A stretch of 64,000 nucleotides of DNA from Dendrobates tinctorius (taxonomy: Eukaryota), in contig NW_027361675.1 in NCBI RefSeq assembly GCF_039654945.1, forward strand, positions 25,854,001 to 25,918,000, read 5' to 3'. Below the pieces are notes generated by a model. That model saw nothing but the letters and a program-made list of their open reading frames with translations. It was not told where the DNA came from and did not search any database. This document shows, one piece after another, positions 25,980 through 38,952 of this stretch. Numbering within the stretch: the stretch's first letter is position 1; each line of letters opens with the position of its first letter. A program made the translations under genes and the position numbers.

Positions 25980-27037
25980 TGATGTTGCGATACTAGATGC
26001 TTGCGTATGTTCCATGTGGCTAGCCAGTGGTGGTGATGTGCACTGCAGCTGGTCAGGAGCTTTCATCGCATGTTTGTTGCAATCAAATTATCAGTTATCA
26101 AAATGATCTTGTGTTGTGTCATGTGTTAAAAGATCTCACCAGTGAAATTACCATCTTGAAACTACCTCTGATATTCAGTATAAAAGGAACAGCATGAAGC
26201 TATTAGGGCTCGATATCAAAGGCTTTATTGTGTAGCCAGAACTTTTAGCCCAGGGGTCCCCAACTTGTGGCTCTTGGCGGCTTGGTATCCTGGTGCTTTA
26301 GCTTCGGGTTTAGCAGAAAATAGAACTTCTTTTAATGACGTGCATGGAAAGACAATTCAGTGTTCACAAAGACTGTGTTCATTCCCGCAGTATCGGCTCT
26401 CATCACTCCTGGTCAGTTCTAGTCTGTCTGCTTCCCATTACTTGCTCTTCACTCCCCAGTTAGTATGTGTAAACTACGCAATGTACAAATGTTTAGAACT
26501 CCCCTATAGCTCCCTACCTCCATGAGAATATGGTAGGGAGTAAAGATGGGCATTTTCCATAACCATTGTAAAAAGCTAGAAATATAACTTTATTAAAGGT
26601 CTATTCCGTTTGGACAGTTCCTTAACAGCCAATGACTGATGTATGTCATTGCTCGCATCCATATGTGTAGAAAGCACTCAAAAGTTGAGCACTCCCCATA
26701 CATAGTGGACGCCAGCTGGGTTTTCACAGTTGGCACCCATAGTCAGCTGCTGAAACCAAAGATGGTTCTGATTTGGGAAAAAAACATGCAGTGCCAGACT
26801 CTACACTGAACTATCAAGTTTGCTGTTTTCAAGTACTATAAACTGCTTTCTTAGGAACCATTTCCTGATTTCTATTGGTTTTATGGCTGCTACAATTTAT
26901 GTATGTAACCAAGTAGCAGCGCTTGTGTGGCTCTCAAAGGTAAGGAAGGTTGGAGACCATTGATGTAACCGGTCTCTTTTCTTTCTCGCTTCCGAATTAT
27001 AGAAATTTTACAGTATTCTTTTAATCACCTAAATTAA

Positions 27038-27316
<279 letters not shown>

Positions 27317-27654
27317 AAAGCACATTAGACGGATAAACTTTGAAATGGTTTTACAGTACTGAACTCTATACTTCTGACTGCTGAGCATTCGCATAAGAGT
27401 GACTATCGTATTCCATGGATTGGTTTCTTCCATTTTGTTTTTCTCTATCAAGACATTAAGTCCGGTGTCGAGCTGTTGTTGGGTAGATCGTAATTGCTAT
27501 TCTCTAGTACTACTAGATACATTTTTGCGTCATGAGTTTTGCCACCTAATAATAATATAAACATTGCAATGGCATTAATTAATTTTATTTTTTTGTTCAT
27601 GTTTTTTTAAATGTATGCTATTAAAGGTATGTTTCGTTATGTATTTTTTTATTA

Positions 27655-27660
27655 AATAAA
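27655..27660 (+). terminator. KDM1A polyadenylation signal (3'UTR about 27317-27680)
   Basis: AATAAA after a U-rich 3'UTR; ATTAAA variants just upstream. Confidence 0.75.
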
Positions 27661-28754
27661 TATGTGAAAATCAGCACAGATCTTTTGTCATCTGAATTAA
27701 GTAGCCTAAATAAACTCTGAAGTGATCCATGTGACATTCACCCTACATAGCTACCTTAATAGTCAGTACCTGGAGAAAATCCAAGAAGCTACATGGTACC
27801 AATTGGGTCAATAATGGTGGTAATCATTCAATGTTTTTTGGCTCCTTCTTGGTGCTGTCAGTCCATCAGTGATTTCATAGTTCACCATGCTGTGCATGCA
27901 ATGTAGAAATTTGTCACGATATTACTGTATTTTTCGGACTATAAGACGCACTTTTTTCCTCCCAAAATGAGGGGGGAATGCGTCTTATAGTCTGGATGTA
28001 CTGGATCTGGCTGTGGTGTGGGAGCGGTTTCGGCGGAGCAGCGGGTCACACAGAGGCAGGAGCCGGCGGCTGCAGCTAACTTCTGTGCCCGCTGCTAAAG
28101 GGAAATGAATATTCATTGCATTTCATACCCATGGGCATTTCTTTTTGGCATCCTGGTATGCATGTCCCCATCCCTTTCCTGGTATGATTAGCCCCATCAG
28201 AAAAGATTAATAGGAAAAAAAAAAATTACACTTACCTTCCTCCGCTACCTCGCAGCTTCCTGCTCCGATGCCAGCAACTGCTTTATGCTTGTAAGCAGCG
28301 CATGGCAGGGACGTCATGTGCTTCTCACAAGCAGAGCACAGCTGCCGGAATACTCACCGGGACTGTTCATCGCAGAGAGCAGTGAGGACTCATTGCTCTT
28401 CAGTAGCACGCAGTGTCAGCCAGAGCCTTCCTGCTGCTGCTGGCGGTCATGAGTGCCAATACATAAGAATCTTAATTTCTCTTAAATATTGGCACACGTG
28501 ACCGCCAGCAGCAGCAGGAAGGCTCCGGCTGACACTGCACACTACTGAAGAGCAATGAATACTCACTGGTCTCTGCGTGCACAGTCCCGGCGAGTATTCT
28601 GGCAGCTGTGCTCTGTGAGCAGCGCTGATGTCCCTATCATGCGCTGCTTACAAGCGTAAAGCAGTTGGTGGCACTGATGCAGGAAAGTGTAATAGTTAGG
28701 TTTTTTTTTTAATCTTTTCTGATGGGGCTATGCATACGAGGAATGGGATGGGAC

Positions 28755-29048
28755 TAGTGCTGAGTGAGTATACTTATTGCTCAGGTTTTCCTGAGCATGC
28801 TCGGGTGGGTGGTGTCCGAGTATTTTGGTGTGCTCGGAGATTTAGTTTTCGTCTCTAATCTGCATGATTTGCGACTTGTAGACAGCCTAAATACATGTGG
28901 GAATTCCCTAACAAACAGGCATTCCTCACATGTATTCAAGCTGTCTAGCAGTCGCAAATAATGTATCTGAGGCGACGAAAACTAAATCTCCAAGCACGCC
29001 AAAATAATCGGAGGACACCCGAGCAACGAGTATACTCGCTTTTCACTA
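28755..29048. mobile_element. hAT-type MITE with 8-bp TSD
   Basis: TIRs tagtg...gagtatact / agtatactc...cacta; TSD gatgggac on both sides. Confidence 0.85.
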
Positions 29049-29059
29049 GATGGGACCAA

Positions 29060-29575
29060 TCATACCAGGATAAGGATGGGGCCATGCATGCCAGGAACGG
29101 GATGGGGTCAATCATACCAGGATAAGGATGGGACCATGCATACCAGGACTGGGATGGGGCCCTGCATACCAGGATAAGGATGAGGCCCTGCATACCAGGA
29201 CTGGGATGGGGGCCCTGCATACCAGGACTGGGATGGGGGCCCTGCATACCAGGACTGGGATGGGGGCCCTGCATACCAGGACTGGGATGGGGCCCTGCAT
29301 ACCAGGACTGGAATGGGGCCCTGCATACCAGGACTGGGATGGGGCCCTGCATACCAGGACTGGGATGGGGCCCTGCATACCAGGACGATGAGGGGGGCCA
29401 TGCCTACCAGGATAGGGATGAGGGGGGGGCCATGCCTACCAGGATGGGGATGAGGGCCATGCATTTTAGGATAGGGATAAGGGAGCGATGCATACCAGGA
29501 TAGGGATGAAGGAGCCATGCATACTAGGATAGGGATGAGGAACCATGTGTATCAGGATGGGGATTAGGGGACCAT
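29060..29575 (+). repeat. 26-27-bp minisatellite (gggccctgcataccaggactgggatgg)n
   Basis: About 19 tandem units. Confidence 0.93.
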
Positions 29576-32333
29576 ATATAAATGTATTTTGTATTTCCGT
29601 CTTTGATTATACCTGTTGCTGTATTTAATAGAATGAGATAAATGTGAACAGCATGTTCTCATGTTTTATCCATTGCATGTATTGAATATGGTGTAGCGAT
29701 ATACGGCCAGTTTGTCCACTGGCTGCAGTATAAATGGATGGGTAGAGAATACCGGGAGAGATATGGTGCATGCCCCTCCCAAAAAGTGGAATTAACCTAT
29801 CATATGCAGGTAGAATTTTACATTACTGGTTCACATGAGTGGTTTGTTCATCCAAGGTTATGATACTTACCTATTGGAGAGCAGTGATAAAATCCTATGT
29901 GTGAAAACTGTTGACTTGGATAGAAAAAACAGCAACTGTGAATTTCTCCAGTCACCTACCACGACAGTCACCTTGGAGGTTGTCACCTTGCCCTAATGGG
30001 GGACAGGAAACACAAAGAGGTTAAATAACCCTCCCCTTCCTGCTACCTCTAGTGTTTTTCCTGTCCCCCAGTGGGGCATGAAGAGGTTACAAGAGGGGCT
30101 GCAGTGGCCAGCGAGCGGAGCGCCTACAAACTCACAAGCTGGGCAGCCGAGGTCGGGGGGTTCGCCTCTCCTCCTCCATGCCGCTGCTCCCGTCTCCACC
30201 TCCCGGTATGAATTGGGACTTGTCCGCCCCTCCAGCGCCCTCCGGGATAAAGTGGGGCGGTATAGTGCTGGCCAGGGTCCTCCAGTTAGTTCCCCGGCTC
30301 CCTCCTTCCTCACCACGCTGCTGGCCACACGCGCGTAGGAGGGGGCGGGCTCCCGACCGGATGTGACGTCGGAATGTAGCTTCCACTTGCGTCGCCAGAT
30401 CATTGTTCTGGCTTCGTACGTTAGAGGAACACCTCCTAGGGGGTACTCCCAGAGAAGAAATCTTAGATTCCCTTTCCCTCCTCCAAAAAGCAACAGGCTT
30501 TTTGGCCAATGCTTCGGGAGAAACGGTACGGGTAGCAGCAAGGGCCCTAGTCCTTTCAAATTCGGCTAGAAGGGCCCTTTGGCTGAAGTCATGGGGCGGC
30601 GACATCACCTCTAAGACAAAACTCTGTGCCATCCCCTTCCAAGGGCACCACGTGTTCGGACCAGTCTTGGATGACATCCTCAAAAAGGCTTCCGACAAAA
30701 AGAAATTGCTACCCGAGTAGAGCGCCGCCAAAAGACGATTTTTTCGTCCCCCACGAGAGCAGTCCTCCCAGAAGGAGTTCGGAGGGAAAGGCAAGACGGG
30801 ACGATGGAGCTACCCGAAGCGGGGTAGAGGGAAGAGCATCCTTGTCCCTCAGCAACAGCAACCCCCGGACAAACTGATTCCCCGGTGGGGGGTCGACTCA
30901 CTCAGTTTCTCGCCCAATGGTAGGCCACGACCTCGAACTAGTGGATCCTGCATACTATACAATTTGGGCTGAAACTGGAGTTCGAACACCTCACTGTTTA
31001 AGAGTCACCCCTGCACAGTCCCCAAATCGCTAAAAAGTTCTACTTCAGATAGAAGATCTATTACGCGAAGGCGTAATCTCGTATGTACCTCAACAGGAAA
31101 TAGGCAGAGGACATTACTCCCGCCTATTCTTGGTGAAAAAGCCCTCCGGAAAGCACAGGCTTATCATAAACCTGAAACCCCTGAATCGCTTCATCAGATA
31201 CCGGAGGTTCAAGATGGAGTCAGTAAAATTGGCAATCCCTCTTATTGGGCAGGGCTGGCTGATGGCTACAATAGACCTAAGGGACGCTTATTACCACGTC
31301 CCAATTCATCCGGATCACCGGAAGTTCCTGAGGTTCGTGGTCTCCCACGACCAGGGGATCAGCCATCTCCAGTTCAACGCCCTCCCGTTTGGCATATCCC
31401 CGGCACCAAGGGTATTTACGAAAATTATGAGGGAAGCAGTAGTTTCTATCCGTCTTCAGGGAATATGCATTGTTCCATATTTAGACGATCTGCTCATTGT
31501 TACTCCATCGGTATCCCGGCTGAGCCAGGATGTATCAAAGACCCTGCAGATGCTCGAATCCCTAGGTTGGATACCGAATCTCCAGAAGTCGGACCTTCAT
31601 CCTTCCCCAAGGAAAAAATTCCTGGGGATCCTCTTAGATTCGGAAGAGAGGGCGTCCTTTCTTCCCAAGGATCGTCAATCAGACTTTTGTCAGAGAATAA
31701 TCCGGTTCAGAGACCAAAGCGCACCAACTCTGAGGGACGCCATGTCTATCCTGGGTTCCCTGACATCGTGTATCCAGGCGGTATCCTGGGCACAGGCACA
31801 TACGCGAGTCCTCCAGTCATACGTCCTGATAAACACAAGGAAGTATCAGAACAATCTGTCAAAAAGGATTCCACTTCCAGGACACGTAAAATCGGCCCTC
31901 TTGTGGTGGCTGAGTTACCGGAACTTGAGACGAGGAATAAGCTGGGACCAGCTTCCTCTGAAAATACTGTGTACCGATGCCAGTCTGAGAGGTTGGGGAG
32001 CCATGGTGGACAAGTCGTACTTCCAGGGACAATGGTCCCAGAGCATAAAAACCAGATCCTCAAATCTAAGGGAATTGAAGGCAGTGGAAGAAGCACTAAA
32101 AGCCGCTTCATCCCTTGTCCAGAACCATCACGTTCGGATATACGCCGACAACGTAACCACGGTAGCATATCTCAGACACCAGGGGGCACGATGCACGCCA
32201 GTTTGAAGGCCGTGGCAGCAAGAATCTTCCTCTGGGCAGAAAAGCACCTATTATCCATCTCTGCGGTACACCTGAAGGGGTCGGAAAACATCCAGGCGGA
32301 CTTCCTAAGCAGGAAGGACGTCCATCCGGGAGA

Positions 32334-33764
32334 GTGGTGTCTGAATCAGGAGGTCTTCCAGTTTCTGACCTCGAGATGGGGAGACCCAGAAGTCGACCTG
32401 TTTGCGAATGCGCAAAACGCAAAAACGACAACCTATTTCTCCCTCAGTCCAACGTACGGAGCCCGGGGGACGGATGCGGTCGCCCATCTGTGGGTCTTCA
32501 GACTGGCCTACGCTTTTCCACCAATCCCTATGCTGGCAAAGACGCTGCAGAAGATCAGATCAGACAAGTTCATGACAATCCTGGTGGCTCCAATGTGGCC
32601 AGGACGGAGCTGGTACAGTTCCCTATTGGACATAGCCCTGGAAGGTCCCTTGCTTCTACCCCAAAAGACCGACCTCCTTTTCCAGGGTCCCTTACTGCAC
32701 CCAAACCCCAGCAAACTGAGTCTAGCAGCTTGGTTATTGAGGCCAACATTCTGAAGGCCAAAGGGCTATCGGATGAAGTAATCCGGACCCTTCAAAAAAG
32801 TAGAAAGCCGATAACAAATGCCATATACGGCAAAATATGGAAGAAATTCTCTTCCTGGTGTCTTCCTGAGGTCCTTGACCCCTTCCATCCCAATATTGCC
32901 CAGGTCCTAGATTTTCTGCAGAAAGGGTTAGAGCTAGGACTTACTCCAAGCACGCTAAGGGTACAGGTGTCTGCCCTTAGTTCCTTTTTTGACCAGGACC
33001 TGGCCAGGCACCGTTGGGTTAAACGATTCATGACCGCTGCAAACAGAATACGGCCTACACTCCCTACCCGGGTTCCCCCCTGGTATCTTAATATAGTGCT
33101 GAATAGCCTAACACAGGCCCCATTTGAGCCCCTGTCGGAAATTTCATTGAGAATGCTCACACTCAAAACAGTTTTTCTTGTAGCAATCACCACTGCTAGG
33201 CGAGTAGGGGAACTACAGGCCCTATCGGTACAGGAACCAAACCTCCTGCTCAACTCGGACAGTATAGTACTGCGCCTAGACGCCTCCATTATGCCCAAAG
33301 TGGTGTCAGACTTTCATAGAGGTCAGGATATCGTGTTGCCCTCATTTTGCCCAAATCCTTCCAATACGAAGGAAGAAAAGTTCCACACCCTGGATGTCCG
33401 CAGGGTGGTTCTCCATTATCTTGAACTAACCAAGGACTGGAGAATCGACCAGAACCTCTTCATTCAATATTCAGGACGGAACAGGGGAAAGAAGGCGACA
33501 AAAAACACGATAGCAAGCTGGATCAAGCAGTCCATCTCCCTGGCATATTCATCAAGAGATCTCTCTCCTCCCGAGATTCTGAAGGCCCACTCCAATCGAT
33601 CAGTCGCTACATCATGGGCAGCAAGAGGGAACGCATCTTCGGAGCAGATATGCAGAGCTGCCACCTGGTCCTCTGTACACACCTTTACCAGACACTACAG
33701 ACTGAATTTTAATAGGGATCTAATATTTGGCAGACGCGCTCTGCAAGCCGTGGTCCCTCCCTAA
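32334..33764 (+). CDS. DIRS element 3 ORF3 with tyrosine recombinase domain
   Basis: ARRVGEL...AHSNR...AATW...FTRHY in an open frame. Confidence 0.85.
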   Translation: MVSESGGLPVSDLEMGRPRSRPVCECAKRKNDNLFLPQSNVRSPGDGCGRPSVGLQTGLRFSTNPYAGKDAAEDQIRQVHDNPGGSNVARTELVQFPIGHSPGRSLASTPKDRPPFPGSLTAPKPQQTESSSLVIEANILKAKGLSDEVIRTLQKSRKPITNAIYGKIWKKFSSWCLPEVLDPFHPNIAQVLDFLQKGLELGLTPSTLRVQVSALSSFFDQDLARHRWVKRFMTAANRIRPTLPTRVPPWYLNIVLNSLTQAPFEPLSEISLRMLTLKTVFLVAITTARRVGELQALSVQEPNLLLNSDSIVLRLDASIMPKVVSDFHRGQDIVLPSFCPNPSNTKEEKFHTLDVRRVVLHYLELTKDWRIDQNLFIQYSGRNRGKKATKNTIASWIKQSISLAYSSRDLSPPEILKAHSNRSVATSWAARGNASSEQICRAATWSSVHTFTRHYRLNFNRDLIFGRRALQAVVPP

Positions 33765-33834
33765 AAAATTAGTGTTGGTATAACTCCAAGGTGACTGTCG
33801 TGGAAGGTGACTGGAGAAAATAGAATTAGACTAA

Positions 33835-34930
33835 GGCCGGGGTCACACTAACCGACGCAAAATACGGTCAGTATTTTACAAGGTGTGGTCGCGTATTTTG
33901 CGCATGTAAGCATCCGTATGTAATCCGTATGGCATCCGTATGGCGAGATTTTCTCGCAGGCTTGCAAAATGGACATATAATGGAGCCCTATGACAGGGTT
34001 TCTAACAGAAACCAAAGAATAGATATAGACACATAGAATGCATATATATATATACATATATATATATATGTATTATATGTGAATATATCTATTCTTTCAT
34101 TTCTTTATTAAACCTGTCAGTGTGAGTTTACTGTATAGCGCACTGAATTGCCGGCTTTGCTAAAAGACACCGGGTGTGTATTTCTCGCAAGTCACATGTG
34201 TGGTCCGTGTGTAAGGCCGGTTTCACATTAGCGCATTTTATGCGCACGCACGGCCGGGGGTAGCTCCGCCCCCGATCCGGCTCTCTGCCCGGCGTGCCCG
34301 CCCCTTGCCTGTAGCGCCGCCTCCTAGCGGACGGCGGCGCCTGCGATCGGCGCACCCTATCTTTAGCATAGGGTGCGCCGATCGTGCGCAGGTCGTGCGC
34401 TAGTTGCGCTTTGACCTGCGCTGCGCACTTATGACGGTGCGCCGTGCGCGCCAAAATCCGAAAAGTTGGATTTTGGCGCGCACGGCGCACCGTCAAAAGT
34501 GCGCAGCGCAGGTCAAAGCGCAACTAGCGCACGACCTGCGCACGATCGGCGCACCCTATGCTAAAGATAGGGTGCGCCGATCGCAGGCGCCGCTGTCCGC
34601 TAGGAGGCGGCGCTACAAGGAAGGGGCGGGCACGCCGGGCAGAGAGCCGGCTCGGGGGCGGAGCTACCCCCGGCCGTGCGCGCGCTGAAAATGCGCTAAT
34701 GTGAAACCGGCCTAATCCGTATTTTTTGCGCACCCATAGACTTGCATTGGCGTATTACGGCCGTAGTACGCTGACAATCGCAGCATGCTGCGATTGGCAC
34801 GGACCGTAGAATACGGATGAGAAATATACGGCTGGTGCGAGGGACCCCATAGAGAATCATTGGTCCGTGTCTAATGCGTGCTTTTAGCGCCTCTCACTCG
34901 GCCGTATTCCTCGCCAGTGTGACCCCGGCC
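33835..34930. mobile_element. Harbinger/PIF-type MITE inserted in the DIRS 3 ICR
   Basis: TIRs ggccggggtcacac / gtgtgaccccggcc; taa and tta flanks. Confidence 0.85.
34215..34712. mobile_element. Nested GC-rich foldback Harbinger-type MITE
   Basis: ggccggtttcacattagcg / cgctaatgtgaaaccggcc; TAA TSD; largely palindromic. Confidence 0.88.
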
Positions 34931-35407
34931 TTACTGGTAATTCGGTTTCTAGGAACCTTCCACGACAGCACTAATATTCCCTCCCTACTTAATACCTTTA
35001 CCGGATGATTCCTGCTCTACTGGCGGTAACTATTCATGCTAGTATGTCCAGAAAAAACACTGGAGGTAGCAGGAAGGGGAGGGTTATTTAACCTCTTTGT
35101 GTTTCCTGTCCCCCATTAGGGCAAGGAGACAACCTCCAAGATGACTGTCGTGGAAGGTTCCTAGAAACCGAATTACCGGTAAGTCTAATTCTATTTTCTA
35201 ATTTCTATAGACACAGAGAGATCTTGTGATCACACTATACTATAATTTCAGATTTGTTGACCATTGATGTAAAATTGTTGATGGTGATTTGTATGGTGGT
35301 GCTCTGCATTTTTTCTTCATTTGCACTGTTTGTATTTGCACGTTTGAACTTTTAATAATTATTAATAGAAAAAATAAACGTTATATTTTGTCGACCCAGA
35401 TCGCTAA

Positions 35408-35845
35408 GGCTGGTTTCACATTAGCGTTTTTCCTCCATGCGCATGCGTCATGCGTGCCTATGTTTAACATGGCGTGCGCATGGTCTTGCGTTTGCACACG
35501 TTCGTATGCTTTTTTGTGCACATGCGTTTTTTTCGTCGTGTGCGCCTAAGTGCGAAAGAGGCAACCTGTTGCATTTTTGGGTCCGCCGAAAGGCGTCAAA
35601 AAAACGCTTGCGCACAGAATGCGACAAAATAACGCATTACAGTCTATGGGAACGCAGGCGTGCGCATGGACATGCTTTCGTCTGCGTTTCCATGCGCATG
35701 CGTTTTTGGCGTAAATATGTGTAGACACTGGTTTTAACCCCTAGAGAACGAATGCGCATAAAAAACGCAAACGCACGCAAAAACGCATGATGCGTTTTTT
35801 GCATGCGTTTGTATTGCGCAAAAAAACGCTAATGTGAAATTAGCC
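35408..35845. mobile_element. Harbinger-type MITE
   Basis: ggctggtttcacattagcg / cgctaatgtgaaattagcc; TAA TSD. Confidence 0.82.
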
Positions 35846-36699
35846 TAAGAAGGATCTATATTGTTTTGGGTATAGCACGGCCCCGACTTTGAGCGCTGAG
35901 AATAATACATACTTGGGATTCCTTTTTATGTAAGAGGTTTCAATAACTCGTACTTGGGATCAATTTGTATGTTAAGAGATTTTTCACATTTCCACCATGT
36001 TAAATTGCAGAATACACCATCCTGGGGCAACGTATGCACAGAATGTCTGGCCCTTTGGTGAGCATGCAGGTACATTATACCAAGGGACTGTTTTGGTGGG
36101 TGTGGGTGCCATTGGCTTGATGTACTAATACCCCAGTTGATGAAAGTTTTTGGGTACAGTAACGTCCCGTGCTGTGACGGGTCTGATAGGGCCAGTCTGG
36201 GAGAGCCGACATTGAGCGCCATCTGCGTGTTGTGTAGGGTGCAACCTCTGCGGTAAGGCAGGGACACTAGTGATTATCGTTCCTATGAATTTGTTTATTG
36301 GGGGCTTCCAGACAAACATTTATGTATTCGCCAGAGTTATTTGTTTTGAATCCAATTTTGGGAGTTTTTAGAGGTTTAAAATAAAATTGATGTTTTACCA
36401 CAATTCTCTTAATGGACTTTACTATACCCAGAAAATGGCAGAAAAACCCGCAAAGGGATAGGCCAAAATGTCAGAGAGGAGTTTCTTGAAATGTTGAAAC
36501 GTTTTCTGCTCGAAAAATGGCAGAAAAACTGCGCACCATAAGAGTCCAACATGGTCACTCCGACACTGGTGGATTCTCTGCTCTACTGTGGACGCCAGGT
36601 CCAAAGTCCAGTGCTGTTGCCACAAGGAGTAAATGGCAGAAGCATGGCTCTGCTCAGCAGGCTGTTTACAATTACGTAATCAACCTTGTCAGGGCAGAG

Positions 36700-36940
36700 C
36701 CATCACGTCAGCCATTTACTCCTTGTGGGGCCTCGTGACATCACCACACGAGGATAATGTACAAGGATTTACCCGCGAATTTTACCTAGAACTACAAATC
36801 CCATGAATCATTGCGCTTTCTGTACTATATCCCATCAAACATTGCGCTAATGCGCTTTTATTCCCTACCAATCAGAGGGTTCGGTATGTCAGCCAGAGCC
36901 CTATAAAAGGCTGACTCACGCTCCCTTCGCTCTCTTTCTG
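36700..36940 (+). promoter_or_regulatory. Pol II promoter of the snoRNA host: CRE-like sites, two ZNF143/Staf-type motifs, CCAAT, TATA and TCT/5'TOP initiator
   Basis: actacaaatcccatga at 36791 and actatatcccatca at 36824; ccaat 36868; tataaaa 36902; ctctctttc about 30 nt downstream; CpG-rich downstream. Confidence 0.85.
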
Positions 36941-37092
36941 CCGTGCTGTCTATCATGATGGTCGGTCTGTTCGGGTGTTACAAGGGCCCGGCCGGCCGCC
37001 ACACCTGTACCATGGCGCTGCCCGTCCCGCAGTCTCCACATAGCTTTACATGGAGGTGACCAGGTGAGGATGAGCCGGCTTCCTTCAGCGTA

Positions 37093-37228
37093 CAGGCCCT
37101 GATCGAAGCTGCGGTAGAACTCAACGTGTCTAACGCGGTCAAACAGAGGCCGACATGAATGTTTCCTTCCGACGGTCGCTGCTCTGGCTCCTGTGCCGGT
37201 GATGGCAACATTATGGGGGAATACAGCT
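37093..37228 (+). ncRNA. SNORA16: H/ACA snoRNA, SNORA16 homologue
   Basis: ggccctgatcgaagctgc...ggtcaaa, H box acatga 37153, gacggtcgc...gcaacatt, ACA at 37223 plus 3 nt; matches recalled human SNORA16. Confidence 0.88.
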
Positions 37229-37247
37229 GTTACTACTGCTCGGTGTG

Positions 37248-37548
37248 CGGTACCGGGGAGGGCGGGCGCAGGGCGCGCGGCGGTAGTGAGCGCGGTACCG
37301 GGGAGGGCGGGCGCAGGGCGCGCGGCGGTAGTGAGCGCGGTACCGGGGAGGGCGGGCGCAGGGCGCGCGGCGGTAGTGAGCGCGGTACCGGGGAGGGCGG
37401 GTGCAGGGCGGCAGTGAGCGCGGTACCGGGGAGGGCGGGCGCAGGGCGCGCGGCGGTAGTGAGCGCGGTACCGGGGAGGGCGCGCGGCGGTAGTGAGCGC
37501 GGTACCGGGGAGGGCGGGTGCAGGGCGGCAGTGAGCGCGGTACCGGGG
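37248..37548 (+). repeat. GC-rich 45-bp minisatellite (gcggtaccggggagggcgggcgcagggcgcgcggcggtagtgagc)n
   Basis: About 7 units, some shortened. Confidence 0.93.
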
Positions 37549-38262
37549 CTGGTAAGCTTGTTGGTGCAGATGAACGGCGGCTCTGCTCTATGGTGGGAAA
37601 TGCAAGCGGTGTGTTGTCCTGCTGGGCCCTAGTAATGCTCTGTGTTAGGTGTAGCGGCACCATGCCCGGGCTTGTAGCCTATTACTGGCATCCAGAATAG
37701 ACGAGGTGTAACCCACCACACTACCGAGCCTGGCATGGGGTATCTCGCTGAAGTATCCATGCCTCCTTGGCATTTAACACAGGCTTGGGTACCTACAGCT
37801 CTACACTAAAGATGAGGGGGTAATTGATTATACTACTATACACTGGTGAAAATGCTTTCTGGTGTCCTCCAGAGCTGCTGCTTTTGGGGGTGAGTTGTGC
37901 ACATATTGTAAGGTCACCATCTGCCCGTCTGGTTAGAGAAGCCCATGTGCACAATGCCAGCTCACACTAGTAGCATTGTCACCCCTGGACACTGCTGGGA
38001 ACTAATGCCTGCAGCATGGGTAATGCGGGCTAATCTGCTATCAGCCCTGTACTTCTCCTTGTAATTTAGAACTTGGTACTTAATGTCTGTTTTTTGTTTT
38101 TTTTCTAGATGAAGTTCCATGTGGAGATGAAGCTGTCCTTTAAAGGTAATTGTTATTTCTCAATAGACATAATCACACACATGGCGGTCCTTCATAGCTT
38201 GGCTTGACATGGTGGGTGTATCATCGCTGTGAGCCCCATCGGGGACAATCTAAATTCCCTAT

Positions 38263-38952
38263 GGCTATGTGCACACGGTGCGTTTCTGCTGTATATAGTC
38301 AGCGGATTTGGCCCTGCGTATATGCAGCAGAACTGCATGTGATGTACAGTACCATTGTAGGCTATGTAAAACACAATCTGCTGTGCACATGCAGTTTTTT
38401 TTTCTGCGTGGATTTGGTGCAGAATGAGAAAAGCAACATGTCATTTCTCTTGGTGCAGATTTCTACCTGCTCGATTCTAGAAAACCTCAGGGGAAACTGC
38501 ACAAAACGATGCAGTGAGGCTATGTGCACACGATGCAGATTTGCTGTGGATCCGCAGTGGACTTTTCCGCACAGAAACGCTGCAGATCTGCGCTGTGATT
38601 TACAGTGCAATGTAAATCAATGGAAAAAAAGCTGCAGAAAAATCAGTGTGGAATTGCTGCAGACTTAAAAGTGCATGTCACTTTTGTGCTGATCTGCAGT
38701 GTTTCTGGACCCCTCCATGATAGAAATCCGCAGTGGCAAAAACTGCAGAAAATCCACATAAAACCAGTGGCAAATCTGCGGCTCCGGATTCTGCCAGGAG
38801 ATGCTGATTTTGTGCAGAAAATTCTGCACCACTTTTCCTACGTGTGCGCACAGCCTAAAACCACACAAAATATGCAGGTCATTTGACCTGCAGACTTCGT
38901 GAAATCGGCGCAGAAAATTCCAAAGTAAAATATGCACTGTGTGCACATACCC
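38263..38952. mobile_element. Harbinger-type MITE with a related MITE nested at 38518-38855, inside a degenerate SINE
   Basis: ggctatgtgcacac / gtgtgcacataccc ends; flanking sequence matches the SINE at 53962. Confidence 0.75.

Larger units (their letters stand above)
27924..29575 (+). mobile_element. Non-autonomous DNA transposon remnant with palindromic core and minisatellite
   Basis: Terminus ctgtatttttcggactataagacgcac; inverted repeat about 28190-28730; right end not found. Confidence 0.55.
29943..35197 (+). mobile_element. DIRS element 3, internally deleted in gag, ICR split by nested MITEs
   Basis: ITRs about 29958-30060 and 35051-35153; ICR halves 33784-33834 and 34931-34970; RT with YLDD from 31130, MT with DLFAN/YAFPP. 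Confidence 0.93.

Noticed and set aside
28945-29518. Repetitive ORFs on both strands
   Set aside because: Artefacts of the 27-bp minisatellite.
37159-37663. 150-aa Gly/Arg-rich ORFs near the promoter
   Set aside because: Translations of the 45-bp GC repeat overlapping a snoRNA intron.
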